From Alphaproteobacteria bacterium (GTDB taxonomy: Bacteria > Pseudomonadota > Alphaproteobacteria > GCA-2731375), in assembly GCA_965238305.1 (NCBI GenBank), contig CBDEHK010000001.1:3034226-3098225 (forward strand): 64,000 bases of DNA, read 5' to 3'. The notes beneath the pieces are model-generated. The model searched no databases. It was not told the DNA's origin and saw nothing but the letters and a program-made list of their open reading frames with translations. Position numbers and translations under genes: made by a program. Each line of letters opens with the position of its first letter. Position 1 is the first letter of the stretch. This document shows positions 50,188 through 58,936 of this stretch, one piece after another.

Positions 50188-52542
50188 ATGAATGCCGAAA
50201 CGGGTATTGGCGCTTCTGTCAAAAGAGTAGAAGACAAACGTTTCCTCACTGGCAAAGGCCGGTATACAGACGACATTAATATACCCGGTCAATCATATGC
50301 CTATTTCGTGCGCTCGCCGCACGCTCACGCCACTTTGAATTCTATCGACATAAGTGCAGCGACGGCCTTAGCAGGTGTGTTGGCTGTCTTCACCGGCGAT
50401 GATTTGGCTGCCGATGGTATCGGTCCGCTGGTTTGCGGTGCGGCGTTGACCGGTACGGACGGTGAAGGCCAAAAAGCGCCGGCCCATCCGGCGCTGGCGC
50501 AAGGCAAAGTGCGCTATGTCGGTGACCATGTTGCGGTGGTAATTGCCGAAACCTTGGCACTGGCCAAGGATGGCGCAGAACTGGTCGATGTCGATTACGG
50601 CGTATTGCCAAGTACAACCGATCTTGCAAGCAGCGATCAGGACGGCAAACCGCAGATTCATGAGGAAGCACCGAACAACATCTGCATCGATTGGGAATTT
50701 GGCGAGAGGGCTGATGTTGATGCAGCCATGGCCGGCGCCCATCATGTTGCGGAATTGGAACTGGTCAACAATCGCATGGTGACCAATCCGGTGGAACCGC
50801 GGGCTGCTGTGGGTGACTATAACTCCGGCACCGAAGAGTTGACTTTGTACGTCACGACACAAAACCCGCATGTCCATCGCTTGGTATTTTCAGCCTTCAA
50901 CGGTCTTGCGCCCGAACATAAATTGCGGGTCGTCGGCCCGGATGTCGGTGGTGGATTCGGTGTCAAGATATTTACCTATTCAGAAGAACTGGTTTGTGCC
51001 TGGGCTGCCCGCAAAATCGATCGTGCGGTCAAATGGACGGCGGAGAAATCCGAGACTTTCATGTCCGATGCACATGGCCGAGATCATGTCACAAAAGTAA
51101 GACTGGCTATGGACGAAAATGGCAAGTTCCTTGCCCTGCATTGTCAGACTAAGGCCAACATGGGTGCTTATCTACAACTCTTTTCGGTGACTGTCCCGAC
51201 CCTGTTCCACGCTTTCTTGTTAGCAGGGCCCTACACCACGCCGGCAATACTTTGCGAAATTCGTAATATGTTTACCAATACTTCACCCGTAGATGCTTCG
51301 CGCGGCGCCGGCCGGCCAGAAGCGACTTACATCCTGGAGCGGATTGTCGACGTCGCGGCACGAGACTTGGGCCTGGATCCTGCGGAACTGAGACGACGCA
51401 ACTTCATCGCCGCTGATGCTTTTCCATATCAAACGCCGGTCGTGCATCTTTATGATTCAGGTGACTACGACGCCGCGTTGGATAAGGCGATTGAAATTGC
51501 TGACTATGCGGGATTGTCGGCGCGGCAAGAAGAAGCTAAAGGCCGCGGCAAACGTCGGGGAATTGGTTTATCGTCCTATATCGAAGCTTGCGGTGTTGCG
51601 CCATCAGCTGCGGTGGGCTCTTTGGGCGTCGGCGTCGGACTTTGGGAATCTGCGCAAGTCCGATTTAATCCAACGGGCAATGTTCAGGTTTTCACTGGTA
51701 CCCATTCACATGGTCAAGGCCATGAGACGGCCTTTGCCCAACTTATCAACGATCAACTCGGCGTGCCGATTGAGAATGTTGATGTGATCCACGGCGATAC
51801 CGCCCGCACCCAATTTGGTATGGGGACCTATGGTTCTCGTTCCCTTGCGGTTGGCGGTGTAGCGATTACCAATGCCTGTCAAAAAATTATTGATAAGGGC
51901 AAGAAAATTGCCGCTCATCTAATGGAAGCGGCAGAAGAAGACGTCGAATTCGCAGGCGGCAACTTCACAGTAGCCGGTACCGACAAATCGGTAAATATAG
52001 CCGAAGTCGCATTTGCCGCCTATGTGCCACATAACTATCCAGAGGGCGTCGAACCTGGACTAGATGAAAACGCCTTTTTCGATCCTTTGAACTTCTCCTT
52101 CCCCGCCGGCACACATATTTGTGAAGTGGAGGTGGATCCGGATACCGGGAAAGTGGAGATTGTGGATTATACAGCGGTCGACGATTTTGGCCGTTTGATC
52201 AATCCCATGATCGTTGCCGGGCAAGTTCATGGCGGTATCGCTCATGGTGTCGGACAGGCGCTACTGGAAGTCTGTAAATACGACAGTGAAAGCGGTCAGT
52301 TGCTGACTGGTTCCTTGATGGATTACGCGATGCCCAGGGCAGACAATGTGCCAAACTTCAAAGTCGACTACGCGCCAACAGAGCCGGCCCATAACCCGCT
52401 TGGTGTTAAGGGCTGTGGTGAAGCAGGTGCGATTGCGGCGCCGCCTGCGGTCATTAACGCCATCGCCAACGCTTTGGGTGTGAAGCACGTCGACATGCCG
52501 GCGACGTCGGAAAATGTCTGGCGTGCGGCACAGGGCGCTTGA
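50188..52542 (+). CDS. coxL: Mo-hydroxylase large subunit (form II CoxL-like / xanthine dehydrogenase family)
   Basis: 784 aa molybdopterin-binding subunit. Active-site loop ASRGAGRPE. Confidence 0.9.
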   Translation: MNAETGIGASVKRVEDKRFLTGKGRYTDDINIPGQSYAYFVRSPHAHATLNSIDISAATALAGVLAVFTGDDLAADGIGPLVCGAALTGTDGEGQKAPAHPALAQGKVRYVGDHVAVVIAETLALAKDGAELVDVDYGVLPSTTDLASSDQDGKPQIHEEAPNNICIDWEFGERADVDAAMAGAHHVAELELVNNRMVTNPVEPRAAVGDYNSGTEELTLYVTTQNPHVHRLVFSAFNGLAPEHKLRVVGPDVGGGFGVKIFTYSEELVCAWAARKIDRAVKWTAEKSETFMSDAHGRDHVTKVRLAMDENGKFLALHCQTKANMGAYLQLFSVTVPTLFHAFLLAGPYTTPAILCEIRNMFTNTSPVDASRGAGRPEATYILERIVDVAARDLGLDPAELRRRNFIAADAFPYQTPVVHLYDSGDYDAALDKAIEIADYAGLSARQEEAKGRGKRRGIGLSSYIEACGVAPSAAVGSLGVGVGLWESAQVRFNPTGNVQVFTGTHSHGQGHETAFAQLINDQLGVPIENVDVIHGDTARTQFGMGTYGSRSLAVGGVAITNACQKIIDKGKKIAAHLMEAAEEDVEFAGGNFTVAGTDKSVNIAEVAFAAYVPHNYPEGVEPGLDENAFFDPLNFSFPAGTHICEVEVDPDTGKVEIVDYTAVDDFGRLINPMIVAGQVHGGIAHGVGQALLEVCKYDSESGQLLTGSLMDYAMPRADNVPNFKVDYAPTEPAHNPLGVKGCGEAGAIAAPPAVINAIANALGVKHVDMPATSENVWRAAQGA

Positions 52543-52574
52543 GTTTAGGGCTTAGATTAAAGGAGCAATGAAAG

Positions 52575-53369
52575 ATGTATAACTTCTCCTATCATCGTCC
52601 GGCCAGTGTGGCGGACGCTGTTAATGCCCTTAACGGGGCAGAAGATGGAAAATTTGTCGCTGGTGGTCAAACTTTGCTGCCGACCATGAAACAACGTTTG
52701 GCAGCGCCCAGTGACTTAGTCGATCTATCCGGCGTGGCGGACCTGACTGGCATCACAGTAGCCGATGGTAACGTGACCATTGGGGCCATGACCTGCCATG
52801 CGGACGTCGCTAATTCGGCAGATGTGCAGAATGCGATACCGGCGTTGGCAGGTTTGGCTGGGCGGATTGGTGATCCGGCGGTGCGCCACAAGGGTACGCT
52901 TGGTGGCTCGATCGCAAATGCAGATCCGGCGGCTGATTATCCGGCCGCGGTTTGTGCGTTAAGCGCGACTGTCAACACCAACAAACGGTCGATTGCTGGT
53001 AATGAATTTTTCACCGATCTTTTCGAAACCGCGTTGGAGGAAGATGAAATCATTACCAGTGTTTCCTTTCCTGTTCCCGACGCCGCCGCCTATATGAAGT
53101 TCGAAAACCCGGCGTCGCGATATGCAATTGTCGGTGTGTTCGTTGCTAAAACATCCGGTGGTGTGCAAGTCGGCGTCACCGGTGCAACTTCACATGCCCA
53201 TCGCGGTCCGAGGCTGGAAGCGGCGTTGAATGCCAACTTCTCGCCAGATGCTGTCGATAGTGTCGAACTGCCGGTTGATATTATGAATTCAGACATTCAT
53301 GCCAGTTCTGAATATCGGGCCCATTTGGTTAAGGTCATGGCCAAACGCGCCGTCGCCGCTTGCGGTTAA
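52575..53369 (+). CDS. coxM: Mo-hydroxylase FAD-binding medium subunit
   Basis: FAD_binding_5 and CO_deh_flav_C fold. 264 aa. Confidence 0.85.
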   Translation: MYNFSYHRPASVADAVNALNGAEDGKFVAGGQTLLPTMKQRLAAPSDLVDLSGVADLTGITVADGNVTIGAMTCHADVANSADVQNAIPALAGLAGRIGDPAVRHKGTLGGSIANADPAADYPAAVCALSATVNTNKRSIAGNEFFTDLFETALEEDEIITSVSFPVPDAAAYMKFENPASRYAIVGVFVAKTSGGVQVGVTGATSHAHRGPRLEAALNANFSPDAVDSVELPVDIMNSDIHASSEYRAHLVKVMAKRAVAACG

Positions 53370-53388
53370 GACGCGGCTCGAAAAATAT

Positions 53389-53416
53389 CGAACAGGGGGA
53401 GGCCTGCCTCCCCCTG
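53389..53416 (+). terminator. GC-rich perfect hairpin after coxM
   Basis: CAGGGGGAGG-cctg-CCTCCCCCTG 10-bp stem. Weak T tract, so it may function as a terminator or an RNA-stability element. Confidence 0.45.
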
Positions 53417-53457
53417 TTCGCCGCGCCCTATACGCAATATCTTCTTCGGAAATAGCT

Positions 53458-55206
53458 TTACTTGATTTTGCCCTGGCGCAGGGCATTTTCAATATACTGT
53501 TCTATCGTGATTGTCCGACTGTTCACGCGAAAACTGACATGATCTCTGTGCCGATGGGAAGACAATTGACTAGCTGGCAAATAGACAAAATAGTTTTTAT
53601 CAACTAGATCGGTTGACCTATAGTCGAACAAGTTAATACCATTAAAATGCTCACATTGATCACGAGACGAGTAAATTCTACACAATGTCATCGCCAGATC
53701 ATTCAGAAGGACGACATCATCTATTAGCTTTATGTTCTTCTGTTTTTGATCGAAATTTTTGATCATTAAGAGCGGTTGATAGCGGTTCAACCCCCAAAAT
53801 TTATGGCCATTGATGGAAATATTGCCAGGAGGCTGATCAAAAAAATAACCTGGTTTGCCATGATCAGATTTCAGCACCACCACCGACTTATCATAAATTC
53901 CTAATTTCTTTAGCTTTTTGAGGAAACCTCCAAATTGACGGAGCGCGCACTTTGCTTGCGCCAGCATACCCACTTGATTTTGGTGCTTGACATTCCACTG
54001 ATGATTGCCAATTTCACAGTTTTCTTTCGTTCTTATTGGAAAATGTGTATGGGTAAAATGTACCATACGAACAGATTCCTCCAACTTTTCCGATGTTTTT
54101 AATCCCGCCAGAAATTCATTAAAAAGTTTGTTTTCGTAAACGGTGCGCCGCGGTTCGAAAATCGTGCGCCGTCGATCGAAAATAGCTTCATATCTTGGGA
54201 TTTCCAGAATTTTTCTTTTTATTTCTCTAAGGTTTGTATATTTGCCGAATATGCATGTTCCAATTCTGCATTGGGCCATATTTATAAGATCAAGCAGGCT
54301 ATCGATGTTGTTCGGATATTTGGCCAGGTCAAATTGATTGATAGTTTGTTCTCGATCAACAAATCGAGCGTATAAGCCTAATGCATAAGCATTTTCAGAA
54401 ACATTCAATACAGCATAATTTTTGAAGCTTGCTTGCTCAGAATAGTAATCTACTATTTGGTCTACATTGGGCCCGATTTTTTCGAAATCTTGAACACCGA
54501 ATAGCTCGCCCATTATTGACGATTCTGTTGCTGGGCTTTGCGCAACAGCATTGGTGAAAAATAAGAAATCTTTCAGTGAATTCTTGAATTCTGGCGATGT
54601 CCCAAGGGCCTCGCGAATCACTACTCCCGGCAGACCGTCAAAACTAATGACAAATACATTCTGTTTAGTCGAAACCGAAAGAAAATCGCTGATATCGACG
54701 GAGTCCTCACTTTGCAAGGCGTGAAGCATCGGAAGATAAAATAAACTCGATATTGATACAGTGCTCACAAAAATGAGCGAGACTAATTTGATACCAGCAT
54801 AGCGCCAAACCCCAAATGTGATGACCGCGCATATAATTACCGCGAGGCTAAATTTTTGCGGATTAACTGGCGGCGATAGAGCTGAAAACATACCAGCACT
54901 ATCGATGATCGGTAGTAAATATCCTGTAATAACTACAAATAATGAAAAATAGACTACTATTACCCGGACAAACGTTAAGGAGTTTTCGTTATTTTTTATT
55001 AAAATAACCGAACATAAATAAAGTATTACTAGGCAGATAAAGAATACAATAAACACCGGCAGAGAAATATGTAGAAAATAGGTTAAATCGACACCAATAA
55101 TTTCAGTGTAATTATTCTTCCACACAATTAATGGAACGCCGATAAATAAATTAAAACTTAGAACAAATAATAAGCAGATGGAAAATTTTTCATTACCGAT
55201 ATTCAT
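53458..55206 (-). CDS. multi-TM membrane protein with C-terminal sulfatase/alkaline-phosphatase-superfamily domain (LtaS/EptA/OpgB-like)
   Basis: The N-terminal third is hydrophobic with several TM helices. C-terminal VVLKSDHGKP sulfatase-type motif. Strongly AT-rich coding sequence. Confidence 0.6.
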   Translation of the reverse strand: MNIGNEKFSICLLFVLSFNLFIGVPLIVWKNNYTEIIGVDLTYFLHISLPVFIVFFICLVILYLCSVILIKNNENSLTFVRVIVVYFSLFVVITGYLLPIIDSAGMFSALSPPVNPQKFSLAVIICAVITFGVWRYAGIKLVSLIFVSTVSISSLFYLPMLHALQSEDSVDISDFLSVSTKQNVFVISFDGLPGVVIREALGTSPEFKNSLKDFLFFTNAVAQSPATESSIMGELFGVQDFEKIGPNVDQIVDYYSEQASFKNYAVLNVSENAYALGLYARFVDREQTINQFDLAKYPNNIDSLLDLINMAQCRIGTCIFGKYTNLREIKRKILEIPRYEAIFDRRRTIFEPRRTVYENKLFNEFLAGLKTSEKLEESVRMVHFTHTHFPIRTKENCEIGNHQWNVKHQNQVGMLAQAKCALRQFGGFLKKLKKLGIYDKSVVVLKSDHGKPGYFFDQPPGNISINGHKFWGLNRYQPLLMIKNFDQKQKNIKLIDDVVLLNDLAMTLCRIYSSRDQCEHFNGINLFDYRSTDLVDKNYFVYLPASQLSSHRHRDHVSFRVNSRTITIEQYIENALRQGKIK

Positions 55207-55773
55207 GTGATATTCATACTAACTTTATTCGACTTGGCATTTACGTCCAAATTGTATGCCGATAACAGCTTCGGGCACCAATGAATTTGGAATAATAACG
55301 ACGAGCTATAGAAAATCAACTGCACGAATAAAGGCGTTTTCTTGGTACTCAACGCTGAAGCGGTACTACTGAAATGTAGTCGTGGACAGATTTCACTCCG
55401 ATGGTGGTAGTAATACATAATCGAATCTCCCCGAAAACCATAATTACCAACAGACCTTGTTTCATGACCTGGCTATTTTCCGAACCCTATCGCTTGTTTT
55501 ATTGTCCATTCCTAATTTATCGGATTTTGAGCTCACGAATTATTCTTCGCTCAGTGCTTCTCTATCATTTGCAGCTGTTAGGCTATGAATTTCGGGCGAA
55601 AAGCGCTGGTCAATCAGCCGGTTTGTGGCGTAATATTTTGCCGTTGCAAAATAGACATTAACTGAGATGAAAATGCTCGACAATCGTCGAGAAGTTGTCG
55701 ATAGACTTTAACAGCGCCGGTCTTTCTGTTTTGAGAATGGGGTGCTTCGCTTTCCCCAACCTTTCGCTGGATC

Positions 55774-56703
55774 ATGCCGATGCCGTCAAAACTACCCAGT
55801 TCCGTTGATCAGACGCTGACATTGTTAAGCGATGGCGATTATGTCGCTGATCGTAGTTTGGCGACGACTTTGTACCTTGCCCTTGCCATGGGCCGGCCCT
55901 TGTTTCTGGAAGGAGAAGCCGGGGTCGGGAAAACCGAAATCGCTAAAGTATTGTCGGAAACCCTTGGTCGCAAACTGGTCAGGCTTCAATGTTATGAAGG
56001 GTTGGACATATCTTCTGCGGTTTATGAGTGGAATTATGCGCGGCAAATGATTGAAATTCGTTTGGCGGAAGCGAGCCACGAAGCCGAACGGGATAAGCTG
56101 TCGGATGATATCTTTTCGACAGAGTTCCTGATCGAAAGACCGCTGTTACAGGCACTTCGAGCCGATGATAGTGGCCCGCCTGTCCTACTGATTGACGAGT
56201 TGGACCGCACCGACGAGCCGTTTGAAGCTTATCTCCTTGAAGTTTTGTCCGACTTCCAAATCACTATTCCGGAAATTGGTTCGATCAAGGCAGAGGAAGC
56301 ACCGATCGTTGTCGTCACCTCGAACCGCACGCGGGAAATCCATGATGCCTTAAAACGGCGTTGTCTATATCACTGGGTCGGTTATCCGGATGCAGTACGG
56401 GAATTGGAAATCCTGCGGACTAAACTGCCCGGTATCGACAAGACCCTGAGCCGTCAAGTTGTCTCTTTCATTCAGGCCTTGCGGCAAGAAGACCTATTCA
56501 AACTCCCCGGCGTCGCAGAAACCCTGGACTGGGCCAGTGCCCTTACCCAGCTTGATAAACTCGCTCTGGACCCGTCGACGATAGACGATACCCTGGGGGT
56601 CTTGCTGAAATATCAAGATGACATTGTCAAAATACAAGGAAGTGAAGCCGCCCGCATCCTGGAAGATGTAAAACAGGAACTGGCCGGCTCGCCGCTGGGA
56701 TAG
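55774..56703 (+). CDS. coxD: MoxR-type AAA+ ATPase CoxD
   Basis: Walker A GEAGVGKT and AAA_5 architecture. Confidence 0.85.
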   Translation: MPMPSKLPSSVDQTLTLLSDGDYVADRSLATTLYLALAMGRPLFLEGEAGVGKTEIAKVLSETLGRKLVRLQCYEGLDISSAVYEWNYARQMIEIRLAEASHEAERDKLSDDIFSTEFLIERPLLQALRADDSGPPVLLIDELDRTDEPFEAYLLEVLSDFQITIPEIGSIKAEEAPIVVVTSNRTREIHDALKRRCLYHWVGYPDAVRELEILRTKLPGIDKTLSRQVVSFIQALRQEDLFKLPGVAETLDWASALTQLDKLALDPSTIDDTLGVLLKYQDDIVKIQGSEAARILEDVKQELAGSPLG

Positions 56704-57930
56704 ATGAACGATAGTACATCCTCGCCCGATCACGGCAAAATGGCAGAGAATATTATGCATTTTGCTCGGGTCTTGCGCGCGGCCGGCCTGCCGCTAGGAC
56801 CGGGAAAAGTATTGGATGCCGTTCGCGCCGTCGAGATCGCCGGCATTGGTCGCCGGGACGATTTTTATTGGACTTTGTTCTCGATTTTCGTCAATCGCTA
56901 CGATCAGCGTGAGTTGTTCGATCAGGCTTTTCATATATTCTGGCGCAACCCGCAGATCATGGAAAAGATGATGGGGATGCTGTTGCCGATGCTGGAATTG
57001 CCACCGGATCAGTCCCATGATCAGCAGGAGATTATCCGCCGTCTCGCCGAGGCGATGGGTAAAGGAGAACGGGAAAGCCGAGAAGAGGACGGCGAGGAAG
57101 TAGAATTTGATGCCACTTTGACTTATTCCGCCCGAGAAGTGCTGCAGGAAATCGATTTCGAAAGCATGTCGGCGGAAGAATTGGCGGAAGCGCGTGCCGC
57201 TATCGCCCGCATGAAACTGCCAATTGCCGAAGTTACGACCCGACGGTTTATTGCCAATTCGCGTGGACATCGGATCGATATGCGCCGGACAATGCGGGCG
57301 GCGTTACGTTCAGGTGGCGACATCATCCCGCTTAGGAAACGTAAGCGCAAGCGGCGCCATCCCCCTCTCGTCGTCTTGTGCGACATCTCCGGCTCCATGA
57401 ACCGTTACAGTCGCATGTTCCTGCATTTTATGCATGCGATCACGAATGACCGAGATCGCGTCTCGACTTTCGTTTTTGGTACCCGACTGACAAACATAAC
57501 ACGGTATTTGCGACAAAAAGATGTCGACGTCGCGTTGGATCAAGTCACCGAAGCAGTTGACGATTGGTCAGGTGGCACCCGCATAGGTGCCTGTTTCAAA
57601 TCCTTCAACGATCATTGGTCCAGGCGGGTTTTGGCCCAAGGCGCGGTGGTTCTAATCATCTCCGACGGTCTGGATCGCGATGCCGGCAGTGGATTGCGGA
57701 AGGAGATGGAGCGTTTGCACAAATCTTGCCGCCGTCTTATCTGGTTAAATCCGCTCTTGCGTTATGAGGGTTTTCAACCCAAATCTAGAGGGGTGCGTGC
57801 GATGTTGCCACATGTCGACGATTTTCGTAGCGTGCATAATCTTAGCAGTTTGTCCGAATTGACCGATATACTTGGTCAGCCGGCAAGGCCGAACGACAGC
57901 GACAAACAATTCAAGGAAATGGTAGCCTGA
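56704..57930 (+). CDS. coxE: VWA-domain protein CoxE
   Basis: C-terminal VWA domain with MIDAS motif (DISGSM). Start codon abuts the coxD stop. Confidence 0.85.
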   Translation: MNDSTSSPDHGKMAENIMHFARVLRAAGLPLGPGKVLDAVRAVEIAGIGRRDDFYWTLFSIFVNRYDQRELFDQAFHIFWRNPQIMEKMMGMLLPMLELPPDQSHDQQEIIRRLAEAMGKGERESREEDGEEVEFDATLTYSAREVLQEIDFESMSAEELAEARAAIARMKLPIAEVTTRRFIANSRGHRIDMRRTMRAALRSGGDIIPLRKRKRKRRHPPLVVLCDISGSMNRYSRMFLHFMHAITNDRDRVSTFVFGTRLTNITRYLRQKDVDVALDQVTEAVDDWSGGTRIGACFKSFNDHWSRRVLAQGAVVLIISDGLDRDAGSGLRKEMERLHKSCRRLIWLNPLLRYEGFQPKSRGVRAMLPHVDDFRSVHNLSSLSELTDILGQPARPNDSDKQFKEMVA

Positions 57931-57932
57931 CC

Positions 57933-58253
57933 ATGATCGAACATGACAAAGTTTTAGAAGCAGCCGCCAAGTGGAAAGCGGAAGGACGAAACGTGGCTTT
58001 GGCGACGGTCGTTAATACTTGGGGTTCCTCCCCCCGTCCTGTTGGTAGCCAATTGGTGGCCGATGAAAAAGGGAATTTCATTGGCTCTGTCTCCGGCGGT
58101 TGCATCGAAGGCGCTGTTGTTGGGGAAGCCATGGCCTCAATCGAAGACGGAAAAACGCGGTTGTTGGATTATGGTGTCAGCGATGAAATGGCCTGGGAAG
58201 TTGGTCTGACTTGCGGCGGTAAAGTGCAGGTATTTGTAGAGAAAGTTGAATGA
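57933..58253 (+). CDS. XdhC/CoxI family protein, N-terminal domain
   Basis: XdhC_CoxI N-domain pattern (ATVV...GSSPR, SGGCIEG). Confidence 0.75.
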   Translation: MIEHDKVLEAAAKWKAEGRNVALATVVNTWGSSPRPVGSQLVADEKGNFIGSVSGGCIEGAVVGEAMASIEDGKTRLLDYGVSDEMAWEVGLTCGGKVQVFVEKVE

Positions 58254-58936
58254 AGCAAACTATCCTAGAACAATTGTTGGCGGATCGCGCCGCCAAGCGG
58301 CCGGTTGTTCTGGCGACGGACATGACGACAGGCGGCGAACGGTTGATATATCCGATGGCGGATAATCCGGACCCGTTGAATGAAGCCGCGGCCATCACCT
58401 TGCGTGACGATAAATCCTCAGTCACAAGCACAGCGGACGGCGATGTGTTTCTGCACGCCTATAATCCGCCGTTGCGGATGATTATTGTCGGTGCTGTGCA
58501 TATTGCGCAGCCGCTCTCTCGGATGGCGGCAACCAATGGTTTCGATGTCACGGTTGTTGATCCACGCGGCGGCTTTGTCAGCGAAGAAAGATTTCCCGAC
58601 GTTTTTGTGCGGGCGGAATGGCCGGATGATGCCCTGATCGAACTGGGGATCGATCATCGCACCGCAATCGTTACATTGACACACGACCCTAAGATCGATG
58701 ATCCCGCCTTGCACATCGCGCTCAGATCGCCAGCCTTTTACATCGGCTGCCTCGGCAGCAACCGTACGCATGCCATGCGGATAGAGCGACTAGGCAATGA
58801 TGGCCTGAACGAAGCCGAGATCGCCCGCATCCATGGCCCGATCGGTCTCGATATCGGGGCCAAGTCTCCCTCAGAAATTGCGATATCCATTTTAGCGGAA
58901 GTCACGCAGGCGTTGAGGCGAGGAGATACGCTTTGA
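58250..58936 (+). CDS. XdhC/CoxI family protein, Rossmann-like C-terminal domain
   Basis: XdhC_C pattern (IVGAVHIAQ). 4-nt overlap with the N-domain ORF. Confidence 0.75.
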   Translation: MKQTILEQLLADRAAKRPVVLATDMTTGGERLIYPMADNPDPLNEAAAITLRDDKSSVTSTADGDVFLHAYNPPLRMIIVGAVHIAQPLSRMAATNGFDVTVVDPRGGFVSEERFPDVFVRAEWPDDALIELGIDHRTAIVTLTHDPKIDDPALHIALRSPAFYIGCLGSNRTHAMRIERLGNDGLNEAEIARIHGPIGLDIGAKSPSEIAISILAEVTQALRRGDTL

